Shown piece after piece: positions 11,180 to 24,239 of a stretch of DNA of 64,000 bases. Each line of letters begins with the position of its first letter. The first letter of the stretch is position 1. The DNA lies in the NCBI GenBank assembly GCA_030324005.1, contig JARDVH010000097.1, forward strand, positions 52,314,449 to 52,378,448, in the 5' to 3' direction. The translations under genes and the position numbers were made by a program. Source of the stretch: Negaprion brevirostris. Its lineage: Eukaryota. The notes under the pieces were generated by a model. That model ran no database searches and was not told the DNA's origin. It worked only from the letters and a program-made list of their open reading frames with translations.

Positions 11180-12465
11180 TAAAAACAGAAAATGTTTGGG
11201 AGGGGGTGGAATTTATCAGGTCTGGCAGCATTTCTGGAACATATTTTTGAGTCCAGTAAGGCTTCTTCAGCACTAGAGAGATGCAGGAATGTAATGGAGT
11301 TTATGTTGTTGAAAAATGAGATAAAGTCAGGTGAAGCAAAAAAGGGGGTAGTTTGGAGGACATGGGGGGATAGGTGTTTAAATGGCAAAGATTTTATGGA
11401 ACAAAAGGCAAAGGAACAAAGCATTGGCTCAGAATTGATATTAATAGCAGAATAAAGATCAACATTATTTGAAAGCATTACATGAGGACAAGATACAGAC
11501 TGGGAGAAAAATGTAAAATGGAGGACAACGTTTATGGTCTGAAGTTATTAAACTCAACGTTGAGGCCAAAAGCTGTAAAATGCCTAACTGGAAAATGAGT
11601 TGCTGTTCCTTAAGTGCTGGTTGAGCTTCACTGGAAAATTGAAACAGGTTACAGACAGATATGACCTGAGAGCAAGATGGTGAATTGAAAGGACAAGTGA
11701 CTGGAAAGTCGGAGTCATGCTTGTGAACTGAATGGAGGTATTCCACAAAACAGTGACACAGCCTGCATTTGATCTTCTCAATATAGATATGTCCACAGTA
11801 GACTACATTGAAAGAAGTACAAGTAATTTGCTGCTTCACCTGGAAGAAGTATTTTGGACCTTGGGCAGTTAGGAAAGAAAAGGTAAAGGAGCAGATCTTA
11901 CACCTCCTGCAATTGCCTGGGAAGGGGATAAGATGTTGGGATGACAGAAGTATGGGCCAGTTTGACGGGGAAGGAGTAATTCCTTCAGAATGTTAACAAG
12001 AGAAGGGAAGAAGTGTTTGGTGATTGCATCATACAGGAGTAGGCAGAAGTGGCAAAGGACAATCCTTTGCGTGGTGGAATGGAAATTGAGGACAAGGGAA
12101 ACCCTATCATGGTTCTGAGAGGAATGAGAATGGATGCGGGCAGGAGAGCAGGGTAGACTTGGTTGAGGGTCCTGACAATCTTAGTGGGAGGCAGTGAATG
12201 CTCAGTTAAGGAAAAAAGAAGACATTGCAAATATTGTTGTGGAAGGTAGCATCGTCAGAACAATGTGGCAGAAATGGAGAAACTGGGAGAATGGAATGGA
12301 GCCCTATAGAATGCAGGGTATGAGAAGGTGTAGTTAAGGTAGCTGTAGGAACTGGTGAGTTTTAGTGAGTATTACTGGACAGTCTATCCCCAGAAATGGA
12401 GACATGGAAGTCAAGGAAAGAAAGGGAAGTGTTGAAGACGGACCATGTGAAGGTGAGAAAAGGAT
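11180..12465 (-). mobile_element. Penelope-like element 3' part (GIY-YIG endonuclease region plus terminal repeat), decayed
   Basis: ORF 11465-11839 KQQITCTSFNVVYC..YIEKIKCRLCHCFVEYLHSVHKHDSDFPVTCPFNSP..KEQQLIFQLG matches the PLE GIY-YIG pattern; decayed ctgaagaag..gactcaaaa terminal motif near 11245-11271. Confidence 0.85.
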
Positions 12466-12807
12466 GAGGCTTTAAATAAGTTTTTTGCCTTGGTCTTCAC
12501 GGAGGAGGACATGAATAGTTTGCCGGATCTTAAAGATAGAAGGATGGTAGGAGTTGAGGGCCTGAATGTGATTACTGTCACTAGAGAGGTAGTGCTTGAT
12601 AGACTAATGGGACTGAAGGTGGAAAAGTCCCCAGGACCAGATGGAATGCATCCCAGGGTTCTGAAAGAAATGGCAGAGGTGATAATGGATGCCTTAGTAA
12701 CTATTTACCAAAATTCGCTGGATTCCGGGGAAGTGCCAGAAGATTGGAAAACGGCAAATGTTACGCCACTGTTTAAAAAAGGTAGCAGACAAAAGGCAGG
12801 GAATTAG
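12466..12807 (+). mobile_element. CR1 ORF2 fragment, well preserved
   Basis: VFTEED...KSPGPDGMHPRVLKEMAEVI...VPEDWKTANVTPLFKKG. Confidence 0.92.
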
Positions 12808-12809
12808 AC

Positions 12810-13850
12810 AGTATCTGTTCCCAAGATACTGACTCCATTCCTTTGCCTGAAAGCAGTGAGATTAGCACAGTCTGCTTGTAACCTTGGTGTCGCTGTTGAC
12901 CAAGAGCTGAGCTTCTTACCTCGTATTTGTGCCTCACGAAGACCATCGATTTCCACCTTCATAACATTTCCTGCTTTGACCCCAGCTCATCTGGTTCTGT
13001 CCCTATCTCCTGAAAACTGAAAACAGTGTCTTAAGTCTTCCCAACATTTAATTCAGGAAATTTTTGCTCATCCATTATTGGATGCTGAACAAGCAGTATG
13101 ATAATTTAGAGACAGTGGAGAGGTTGGAAGAAGTGACGGTGAAATAAAGAATACAATCAATCAGTATGGTTACAACACTGAAGGCCATTCTGTCTGTCAT
13201 GTCTATGATGTGGAGATGCCAGCATTGGACAGGGGTAAACACTGTAAGAAGTCTCACAACATCAGGTTAAAATCCAACAGGATTATTTAATTATGTTGGG
13301 CTTTAACCTGATGTTGTGAGACTTCTTACAGTGTCATGTCCATGCTAGCTCTTTGTGCCCACACAATTGGATACCAGTGGAGAAACTAGATAGTGCAATC
13401 AATTGTGTCAATAACTGAGAAGGATGAGGAGGAAATATTTACCTTTTTAACCATCACATTTTAAGAGCTGTCTCGGTACTGAGACAGGGTCAGAAACCTA
13501 ATTGGAGGGATTCAAGAGCCCTTGGAAAGATGGGCACAAATTTGGAACTTGAACATGGTCAAGAACTTTGGAGAGGAAAGAGAGCTTGAAGTTCCGATAA
13601 TAGTTTACAGGGACAAAGATATCAAGTGGTTTTCTGAGGACAGGGGATGATAATAGCAGATTTGAAGGAGATAAGGACAGAACCTGAGCTGTAAGCAGCA
13701 GTCAATACAGGAGCCAGGAAGAGAACTTGAGTGGTCAGTGGTTTAATAGGAATAGGTTCAAGAGAGCAGGAGATGGGTCTCATGGACAAGATAAGCTTGA
13801 GCGGGCATAAGGAAGGTGAGCTAGGGGAGAAACAGAAAGATACAATTTCA
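12810..13850. mobile_element. L2-type LINE RT fragments in both orientations
   Basis: Plus strand NLGVAVDQELSF (12880-12915); minus strand LYFTVTSSNLSTVSKLSYCLFSIQ..WMSKNF (13050-13150). Confidence 0.6.
13205..13331. mobile_element. Fold-back PLE-terminus insertion (palindrome)
   Basis: atgatgtggagatgccagcattggac terminus; ~41-bp inverted arms; flanking direct repeat tgtcatgtc at 13195 and 13332. Confidence 0.8.
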
Positions 13851-13942
13851 TGGTGGGTGTGGGGGTACTTGGAGCCTTACATGAAGAAATGTTCCTGAAT
13901 GTGATAAGAAGTTCTGATGTAAGCCTACCAATGCACTAAGCA

Positions 13943-13982
13943 TGTGTGTGAGTGTGAGTGTGAGTGTCAGTGTGAGTGTGAG
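13943..13982 (+). repeat. (TGTGAG)n-type microsatellite
   Basis: Directly visible; explains the VSVSVS ORF. Confidence 0.9.
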
Positions 13983-14692
13983 CGCGCGCTCCCATCAGTC
14001 TTCTCCCATACGCCATCCCACTGAATTCATCATGGGCCCTCTGCAGCAGACACATCTGAGACATAACTCTCCAGTGAATTGCCACACACATGATCTCTTC
14101 CTACTGGCCTACCTACAACTCCTTCTTGCTCAGTGATTCAGCGTGATTCTGGCCCTGACTCTGTACATGCTCAATTCAACAGGACATCAGGTCATGTTGT
14201 GATCACCATGCCACCCCCTTATGCCACTCCCGTCCCTGCCTGCAGACATGCCATTTTAAGAAAATGATAAAAATCTGCCAAGAGTATAGAAATAAAAATT
14301 CTATATATACTCATTGAAAAGTTGATCTCATGTAAAAGTTGATCCCATAAATTTTGGGCCAAAAGTATAATTTTGCATATGCTTTGTGTAAATGTTGATT
14401 GTAGGTTTTCTGGAATCAAAGTCCAAAAATTTCAAAGTATAATCTTGGAGATATTAATCATTCAATCGCATTGTAAGTGAATAAATACAAATAAAAATGA
14501 ACCAATAAATTCACTATTAAAACATTTATGCTACGTGAAATGTATATAGTTTATAATGTTATAAAATAAATAAATGTTCAATAATTAATGAGTTCTCTTG
14601 TGTTGTTGGTTTTTAATTTATTCTGTTGCAGTAGACTTTGTCGCATTTCACCTGAACCCAAATCAAGCATGCATATCACCCCACAAAAAATT

Positions 14693-15081
14693 GGCTTGAA
14701 TTTTCCAGTTGTTCATGCTGATGGGATCTGCTGGTCCTGCTGACAGCACAGTCCCACTACAGGTGTCCCAATGGTGAGGGGTACATTTAACAGGAAACCT
14801 CTGTTAGCAACGGCAGGACTAGAAGATTCCACTGCCGGTCAATGATGGGCCACCTCCACCGTCCCAAAACATATGGCGGGGTGTGTGGAAAATCCTGTTT
14901 GTAGGCTAGACCTTCCCAGTAGTTATCGTTGGCGGGATCTTTCAATCTTGCCGATGGTGAGTCCCCTCTGCAGGTTTCCCAGCAGAAGCGGCCATATGTA
15001 ATGGAAACCCTGTTGACAGCAGTGGGATCTTCTTCAGAGGCAGTGTGTAAAACATACTGTGGGGGCACAGAAAATTCCACC
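14693..15081. mobile_element. Two adjacent non-autonomous Harbinger-like MITEs
   Basis: Two related ~190-bp units (ggcttgaattttcc...ggaaaatcctg; ggctagaccttccc...gaaaattccacc); a related copy lies in reverse at 60945-61150. Confidence 0.55.
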
Positions 15082-15370
15082 TATGATCCGTATAAAATAG
15101 ATCTCATGATTTTTTGCTTAACAAAATGTGTCTCAAAAGCTTGACGATTGATTGTTTGCATAAATGATTCTTTAGATATGATTAGGTGGAAATAGGAGGT
15201 TTCTGCAGGGAAGGATGAATAAGGCTATTCACAGCTTAAGCAAGATTTATAAAGTGGTAGGTAGGTCTCATTAGAAGTATCTGAAAAGTCTGGGGGCAGA
15301 ATTTTCCCAAAGAATGGCACTGTCAGGTTCAGACAGAAAACTGGCACAGAGAAACAGGCAGGTTTTCAAA

Positions 15371-16640
15371 AAACAAAGAAAATTAAAGCACAGGAACAGG
15401 CCCTTTGGCCTTCCAATCCTGCATCGACAATGCTGCTTAACGGAACTAAAACCCCCTATCCTTCCGGGGACTGTATTCCTCCATTCCCATCCCATTCATG
15501 TATTTGTCCAGATGGCCTTTAAAAGTCACTACTGTATCTGTTTCCACTACCTCCCCCAGCAAAGAGTTCCAAGCATCCACCACTCTCTGTGTAAAAAAAC
15601 TTGCCTTGTACATCTTCTTTAAACTTTGCCCCTCGCATCTTACAAACTTATACTCCCGGTTANNNNNNNNNNCCGTGCCCCTCAATCTTGTAGCCTTCTA
15701 TCAGGTTGCCACCTCAACCTCCATCGTTCCAGTAAGAACAAACCAAGTTTCTCCAACCTATCCTCATAGCTAATGCCCTCCATGCCAGGCAACATTCTGG
15801 TAGATCTTTTCTGTACCCTCTCCAAAGCCTCCACATCCTTCTGGTAGTATGGTGACCAGAACTGAACACTATTCCAATTGTGGCCTAATTAAAGTTCTAT
15901 AAAGCTGCAACATGACTTGCCGATTTTTAAACTCAGTACCCCAGCCGATGAAGGCAAGCATGCTGTATACCTTGTTGACCACCTTTTCCACTTGCATTGC
16001 CATTTTCAGTGACCTGTGTATCTGTGAATCCAGCTCCCTCTGCCTATCAATACTCTTGAGGGTTCTGCCATTTACTGTATATATCCTATCTTTATTACAC
16101 CTTCCAAAATGCATTACCTCACATTTATCTGGATTAAACTCCATCTGCCATCTTTCCATCCAAGTCTGCAACCAATCTATATCCTGCTGTATCCTTTGAC
16201 GGTCCACATCGCCATCCACAAATCCACCAACCTTTGTGTCGTCCGCAAACTTACTGATTAAACCAGTTACATTTTCCTCCAAATCATTTATTAAGCAAAG
16301 GTTCCAGCACTGATCCCTGAGGTACACCACTTGTCATAGCCCTCTATTCAGAAATGCACTCTTCCACTGCTACCTTCTGTCTTTTATGACAAAGCTAGTT
16401 CTGTATGCACCTTGCCAGCTCACTTCTGATCCCTTGTGACTTTACCTTCTGTATCAGTCTGCCATGAGGGACCTTGTCAAAAGCCTTAATGAAGTCCATG
16501 TAGACAACATCCACTGGCCTACCTTCATTAATTATTTTCGTCACTTCCTCAAAAAACTCAATCAAGTTAGTGAAACATGACCTTCCCTTCACAAAACCAT
16601 GTTGCCTCTCACTAATAAGTCCACTTATTTCCAAATGGAC
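15371..16640 (-). mobile_element. CR1 LINE 3' 1.3 kb (RT domain to tail)
   Basis: QHGFVKGRSCFTNLIEFFEEVT, VYMDFIKAFDKVPH, SKFADDTK, WQMEFNPDKCEVMHFG, FFTQRVVDAWNSL. Confidence 0.95.
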
Positions 16641-17802
16641 CATTTTAACATCAATGGAGAGAGTCTCCATCTTTATGAATATTTAGTTCATAATAATCCA
16701 CAGAAAAACAATTAAACTTCTATTGTGTTTCTAAACCAAGTGTGTAAAATAACCAATGATAACTGCCAGAGCAATTCTAAGGAAAGGCTATTGATCAATC
16801 CAAAACTTTCAAAAACCTTGGACTCTTGTGACTGCACAACAAGGAGGGGTCTCTTCAGAAATTGTTAAGAGCTTAATATCTTAATGTGGCATAAAAGTAA
16901 AATCACTTTTTGGATCTTTTATAAATGCCCAAGGCTTGTGCCAACAGCTGTCTCTCAGTTGCTTCACAAACAACTGTTCTGAACACAGTGGAACAGTGTT
17001 ATGACCCAGGCCTGTGGGCCTGCAGACTGAGTGATGTCAAGTGGAATGTGAGAGGAGATTCCACAACAGACTGTCTCAGTTCTGTTTGCAATAAGCAAGG
17101 CAAAAGGCAGCCCGAACGTGACTGTCCAAGGCAGCTGACAAACCCCAGTGGCACTGAAGGATTAGAGACATCACATAGTTCGAGCTGTATGAATGATTGC
17201 ATTCAAAACAAAGAGGGACTTAAAAATAACTTTATAGTGTCGGGAGATCTGGGCGAGTTGGCCTCAGTAACTGCACAATGATTGAATAGTTAGTCATGTG
17301 AAAGACAGAATTACTGCAAAATGAATTGAAATGACAAAGAGGGAAATTATTTCTCTGTATATTATGTCATGGTTTTCTTGCGAACACATTTATCTTGTGT
17401 TCATGGCTCTGTCACTAATTTGAGGGAGTCATAAATATCTTTCCAGGTAAAGTTGTGTCAGAAATGCCTGTACATGAACTGAGTCCCTTTTATGGGAGGT
17501 GACTTTCATTGCCCATTATCCACTAATCATAAGTAACCAGTTGGAGAATGCTGGTGATGCTGCCCAATAGGAACAAAATGTCAAACAATTCCTTGGTTGC
17601 ATTTCTGCCATTGTTGGAGATAAAATAGAATCACAGAATTGCTACGGCACAGAAGGAGGCTATTCAAGCCCATCATGCCTGCACCAGCTCCACCGAGCGA
17701 TTNNNNNNNNNNNNNNNNNNNNNNNNNNNNNNNNNNNNNNNNNNNNNNNNNNNNNNNNNNNNNNNNNNNNNNNNNNNNNNNNNNNNNNNNNNNNNNNNNN
17801 NN

Positions 17803-18010
17803 AGTTTAGGGGGCAGTTATTCCCTGGCACATTATCCATGGCAATGCCTCTACTCAGCAGATTCCACTTGCCAATCAACTTGCACTGTCTTCTTATGCAG
17901 TGTAAATTGCTGTTCCCTTCTATTGTGGGTATTTCTTATAATCTGCCCTGATGAGTGCAAGATGAAAGATTTCAATGGAATGTCACTTTTTTCAGCAATA
18001 CTCAAGTCAT
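17803..18010 (+). repeat. Repeat carrying a degenerate hammerhead-like motif
   Basis: CTGATGA-gtgcaagat-GAAA-gatttc at 17948-17973; helix I does not pair in this copy. Confidence 0.45.
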
Positions 18011-19439
18011 AGCCATTCACAAAATTATATTAATACATTGGAAAATGCTTTACAAAAAATGTTTTAAAATCCTACCTGTTATCTGCATGTTGCTATGCAA
18101 CTCAATTTAAGGTACAGTGATTGTGGGATGAAACGACAAGGCTGATACTATTTAATTTTACATCTTTCCTATTGGTTTCTAGTTTAATTATGTGTTAGTT
18201 GGGCTCCTCTAAAAATGATGCACTTTGTTTAATGGGAAGACCACAATGTCTGCTTATTTTCTTCTTGGGAAAAGAGCAATGTAGTGCTGTGATTACAGGA
18301 AACCTTGATATTATGTTCAGTCCTGGTAGCTGAATTAAAGGGAGACATCCAAATGCTGGAGAAGAGCCAGAGGCTGATCCCTACTGGCAACAGTCTAAAT
18401 TATAAGGAATGACTGGAAACTAATTTGAGCTTTTCAGCTTGGAAGGGAATATTTGAAAGGTGATTTTGTAGAGGAATAAATTGTAATTTATGAAATGGAA
18501 AAAATGAACAATTGAACCAAACTGTGAGGTTCATCCATTATTATCTTGTGAGAGGACAGAGATGGTAGATAGCCCCATCTGGTGGCTTGGCAGAGAGATT
18601 CCTCTCATGTACAACTGATAGAAAATAAACCATTGTTGTTGGGACTTAAAGCTGTTACCACAATAATACACAACAAATAATTTTTAAACTATATATTATC
18701 GAAGAATTTTATAATTAAGTCTTATTTCCAACTGCAAACTTCATTGTTTTAAATGCAAACAAGCTGTCTGGAATTAGAAGCAGTCTCAAGGCATAGCTGA
18801 AACAACTTTGATCAAAGCTGACATTATGAAAAGCTAGATTATGGAAGATTATGGCTGGTATGTAATGGAGGGGATGGGGGCCTTTCTCACTGGCTGGAGA
18901 GCCAGCGAGAGTCTCATGTCATCTGTTATCAGGAAGAGCCAGTACCACTCAGGCACTATCTGGATGGTGGTGTGTCTTCCCCGGGATCAGGGCTCTGGGC
19001 AAGAAGTCTCATCTGTTAAGCTCTGCCAGCCAATCAGAGACCATTAACTCTATTAAAATGTCTTCCCCTAATTACTTTAGTTAGAGTCATCACTCCTGTT
19101 CAAACTTCATTTATGGCTGGAGACCTATTAGGTACCTGCAAGCTAACTTCTGAGTGGAAACCTAAAGATTTTCCATGCCCTGATCAGAACTGAGGGCTTC
19201 TTGGCAATTAACATTATTGAGCGCCATTGATAGCTAAAGTCTACAATCAACAGTACGCTTCATTATTACTTACAGAGAGAGAGGACAAGACATGGAACCA
19301 CCTCTAGAACCTGTCAATGGTTCAAAAGCAGACAAAAATAACATTAAACAATGAAGAAGTGACAAGTAAACTCCATTCTCAAATTTACAGGGGAGGACTC
19401 AGCAGGCCAGCATGTTTCCCAAATGTTCCTCCATCCCTT

Positions 19440-20000
19440 CTCATTACAGTCCATCCATCTGTCTCCATGCAGGCCCAGCTTGCTCACAATAGGAAAAAGA
19501 AAGATCCGAGATTGCAGGACGGATGGCTGACGCCCAGGAATTCTCCAAATTCAAGAATGCCACCAAGTTAGCTAACGAGGACATTGATCACTCCTGTGGT
19601 TAAGGTGAGATCAGCTTCCCCCAACAATGTAGTTGAGTTCATCCATGAGTTTATCATTTCCTGACATTGTCAGTGAGTGAGTTGCAGTGCTGTATTCAGT
19701 CTGTTCATTAACTAAGTCTATCTTTGCTTTCATACAGGCATCAGCAAACCCAGACACACCCACAGAGCCACAACTCCCAGCCCACCTCACAGGGGATGAT
19801 GAGGATTCATATGAAGAAGACCTGTCTCTCCATTCAACTACACCCTCCACCAAATGCAGACTAGCGGGTCACAGATCTAGATTAGGTTCGGGGTCACAGT
19901 CTGGGCAACATTTCACAGACACATCTCCACAGCAGTCAGAAGCACTATGAGCCCATGTCTCAGACACTCTGAGGACTGCAAGAGATCAGACACCCACAGT
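19440..20000 (+). mobile_element. Probable decayed Harbinger accessory (Myb/SANT-type) gene fragment with intron-like structure
   Basis: catgcag|AQLAHNRKK.. segment, gtgaga donor near 19605, ttcatacag acceptor near 19737, then an acidic Pro/Thr-rich stretch; family assignment from memory. Confidence 0.4.
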
Positions 20001-21644
20001 TTTCAGTTTCAGCGAAGGCAAAACCTGCTATTTCTTTTCAGGAGACTGCTTCTGCAGCTGGATGTCACAATGATGTTAACTGTGACTGTGTCCCATTCCC
20101 CAGTCGTTGCGCTATGAATATATCATTATTTCTCTTTGATGTTATCCACCATGTGGAGTTGGTTTTTGATACATACTGCCAATTTCCTTATCTCTCCACT
20201 TTGATAAAACCCCTTCTTTTTCTCCATTGTTTTCCTCTAGCCATGTAGATAACACTTGCTTTTCTCACTGATATGCTAATTCACATTTCAACATTACTTC
20301 AAACATCTGCCCTTATCAGCTCCCCAATTTATTTTATCCCAATTTACTTTTTAAATTTTAATTTGCCCAATTCTTAATATTGTTTTTCTCTCCTGCACCT
20401 TGTGGTGCAAAAGGCAGACTTTCACCTGTTCCTAGTGCTAATTTCTCCCTGGGACAGGTCACTAGCCTGTCGCATGAGCTTATAGCTTGAGGGGTGCTAC
20501 TCAACATTAAGCATGGCTGACCAGGGGTCTCTCTTTCTCTTATCATCTGTTATTAGCATGCGCTGGAAGGATTTTACAGGTTGATACCCAACCTGTCTGG
20601 CAGGTTTATGAACGTACTTTCTTTGACCAACAAACCTTACTTTCTGGCTGCACTGCGCCGCAAGATCTTCAGAGTTCTGAGTAGCGCACCCCTCTTCCCC
20701 AATCGCTCTAAATCATGTTTTCCTGATTTACAGGCTATAAATGATTCTGAGGTTCACAAAATCCTAGGATTGTCTTTACTGTCTCATCCTGACTGTTGGC
20801 CCTCAACCAGGGACCATGACTGTCTTTCAATGAGCTCTGTCATTCCTCCTTTACTGATGACAACGCAATCTCCTTCCCCCCATCACCATGAGTCTTTGTA
20901 CAGCCCATCCCTCTTGTGCCATTCTAACAGAACCCCTTTCCTTCCCACACTCCTCCTCCCCCATATTCCTTAGTATGCATGCCCCCCCATATTCCGTATT
21001 ATGTGTACCCCACCACCCCCGCTCACCACCCCCACATATTCTGTAGTATGCATGCATTCCCTCACATTCAAACAATTTAATTCCATGTCAGGCTCCAGTT
21101 TCCCCGTGGTCTCTCCTCTGCCTGCCGTTGCACTCTCCCACACAAGCCCCACCAAAGTCCATTGTCCCCTATATTTCCATAATCCTTTCTGATTCTTGGC
21201 CTTTCTCAGAATTTTCCATTCCTATCTGTCGCCCAACACACCGCAGGCAGACATGGAAAATTCCACCTCTCATTTTTGCATTCAAACCAGCCGATTGGAT
21301 TACATGCAGGAGCAAATTCTCTTCTCTCAAAACCAATATTTGAGAGAGTAATTTCAGCCAATTACACTGTATAAATTCTCCATTCTGATCAATTTACCTA
21401 CTCTTTCCCTCTCTCAGAATTGTATAAACGTGCTTGGTGTTTTCGTTACGAGGTAAAAACAGGCTGTTAAGAACACTGAGAAACAGAAAAGAAACACTAT
21501 TGTACGCTGGTCCTAATTGGTCCTTTCTGACTTAGTAAAGCTAGTGAAGTTCAATTGAAATAGCTCATTCAGCAGAAAAGGAGAATAATTAATATTTCAT
21601 AACTGCTGTTTCTGAATTTGAAAAATGCAATCTATTTTTAAAAA

Positions 21645-22070
21645 AATATTCTACAGTAGGTGGCATTGCTAGTTAAGCCAGGATTTTTATTGCTCGTCCC
21701 TAATTGCTCTTGAGAAGGTGGTGGTGAGCCACTTTCTTGAACTGCTGCAGTCCATGTTGTATAGGTACACCCACAATGTTGTTTGGGAGGGTGTTCCAGG
21801 ATTTTGACCCAGCGACAATGAAGGAATCGTGATATAGTTCCGAGACAAGATTGCGTGTGGCTTTAAGGGAAGTGTGAAGGCATACTTGATGTTCCCATGT
21901 ATCTGCTGCCCTTCTCCTGCTACATTGTAGAGGTCATGGGTTTGGAAGATGCTGTCAAAGGAACCTTAAGGAGTTGCTGCAGTGCATCTTGTAGATCTGT
22001 GCAGCGGTGGTGGAGGGAGTGGATGTTGAAAATGGTGGATAGGTCACCAATCAAGCAGGCTGCTTTGTAT
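21645..22070 (-). mobile_element. 3' end of the CR1/L2-group LINE family seen at 56293-59305
   Basis: tttattgctcgtccctaattgctcttgagaaggtggtggtgagcc and gagttgctgcagtgcatcttgtagat match the 3' end in reverse. Confidence 0.8.
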
Positions 22071-22071
22071 T

Positions 22072-23590
22072 GAAAATACATTTCTCATGGAACTCAACAA
22101 AAATGTTTTCAAGTGCTGGGCCTAAAAGGGTATGATGTCTTTAAAACTGAGTGCAACTGTGTAAGTCATTGAGTTCGTAAGTTCAATGAATACTGATTCA
22201 CACAATGGTGGCGGTTCTAGATCACTATGATATACTACTGCAGCACAAATACCTGTGGCTTCCTTAAGTGGAATGTAAGTGGAGGCTCGCAGTGCCAAAT
22301 GTGTACATGGACACAACATTATCTGTCAGTACCCAAGTCCTATATTGTCTTCATAATTGTGAAGGAATCCTTCACCACGTACCTGGAAAATTTGCTAAAG
22401 ACTGCTTCTAACAATTTGCCCAATAATTCAGCCAATTCATGTTGTGCAGAATGAATCATAGATAAGGCTGGTTGTAAAGGGAAATCACTTTTGTGTGCCT
22501 TGGCAGCCCATACATACATGGACGCCTGTCATTTATAACACGTGGCTCATCGTTCTTACACAAGAGGGTGTTTTTAGCTTACATTTGAACAAGTTTGACC
22601 AATCATTTTGAACAACAGGTCCAATGAATACAAATTTGGACTCATGGTTAAAAATATTGTGCATTTTGTTGATATAGTCCCACTTGTTAAGAAGACTATT
22701 TCCATCTCTTTTTCCGGTTAATTATGTCTATGTCCAGATTGGTCTTAAGGCCTCACAATTTTGTAAGACACAATTTTGTCGCATATGGAAAACAGATAAT
22801 TCGGAATCCCACAGTATGCACTAGATCAGCTAGGTGTGTTTTCAAGGACTTGGCATCTTCAGTCGATACCAGTTTGTGGCAGGATAGTTGGGAGTAGGAG
22901 AGTTCAATCTCAGTAAATACCTCTTCCCATTTGATTTGGAATGAAGGCATACCAACATTGAAACATGAATAAGAACAAAATTCTTGTTTTTTTAGAGTAA
23001 TAACCATAGAGATTTGTTAGGTGTTTGATGACATTGTTAACTCATTGCCAAACTGCTTCTACTTAAGTGAGTTTATGGTATCGTCGTGTATCAAAAGGAC
23101 ATTGTTCATGATGTGATCATCGATTGAAATAATATCAACTTGTTTGCCCTCCTCAACTACCTTACACTTGAAAATTGGTTCATCAGTGTTCGGGATGACT
23201 CCAACCTGTCTCAAATAAGCCTCATCCTGTACAGAAGTAAGACTAACTTTGACTCTCTCATATTAAGATCAATTTTTGAACACCTTGACTTATCAGTAAC
23301 TGCCTCAAGATAGGACCAGTAGCCTCTGCCCCATTAACACCATTAATAAGCTTAAACACCATTTGAAAAGTTGAATTCATAAGTTCAATGAATACCGATT
23401 CACACAATGGTGACGATTCTAGATCACCATTGATACAGTGCTGCAGGGCAAATATCTGTGGCTTCCTTAAATGGAATATTGATGGAGGCTAGCAATGCCA
23501 AATGTGTACATGAACACATGGAAGTCTTATATGGTCTTCATAAATGTGAAGGAATCCTTCACCATGCACCTGGCCCAGTGCTCGATGTTC
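22072..23590 (-). mobile_element. Penelope-like element reverse transcriptase fragment, decayed, with a second partial RT copy at ~23380-23570
   Basis: Minus-strand motifs RPCMYGLP..HKSDFPL, VVKDSFT, IPLKEATGICAAVVYHSDLEPPPLCESVFIEL and GPALENIFVEFHEK follow PLE RT order. Confidence 0.85.
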
Positions 23591-24239
23591 AAAGCACGCA
23601 CCTAATTCAGGTAACAGGCTCTTGTTCAATAGACATCATGATCTTATGACATAAATAGGGCCCCAATTGCATTTTAAGGTATGGGCAATGCAAAGGAAGA
23701 GGCCTTCTGAGCATACAGTTATTTCTATGGGTCCCATTAGTTCCAGAGTGTTGATTGTAGGCTCATAGAAATAATCTAGGCTGCACCATAGGTGTCGGAA
23801 AGTTTACGGTCACACATGGCAGTTCCAGCCTGATTTTCAAGCTTCAATCAGGCAAACTGTATCAGGCGACCCTCTTTGACCCTTTGCTGCTGCTAGAGCC
23901 TCAGTATACTGGAAATCTTCACCAGCAGGATGGGCAATTGACCAGCAAGCTCCACCAGTCAGCTGCCTGAAATTAAACATATGGTCCAGTATTAACTCCC
24001 TGTCCTCTGTTTAAAAGCAGAATATTTTCCTGGTAATCTTACTCATATGCAATCTGTATCATTTCTTTCCATGTCCACACAACAACAACTTGCTTTTATT
24101 TAGCATCTTTAATGTAGCAAAGCATCTAAAGGGAATTCACAGCAGTGTACTCTGACAAAGATTGACGCCAAGTAAGGAAGGAGATATCACCGTAAGTAAA
24201 TAGAAACTACTAACTCAACTACTAATTTTAATTTGAAAG

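Noticed and set aside
16998-17280. Possible LTR starting tgttatgacc
   Set aside because: No matching 3' terminus, TSD or second copy seen
21653-21668. CTCF-like acagtaggtggcattg
   Set aside because: Weak match lying at the edge of a decayed LINE tail
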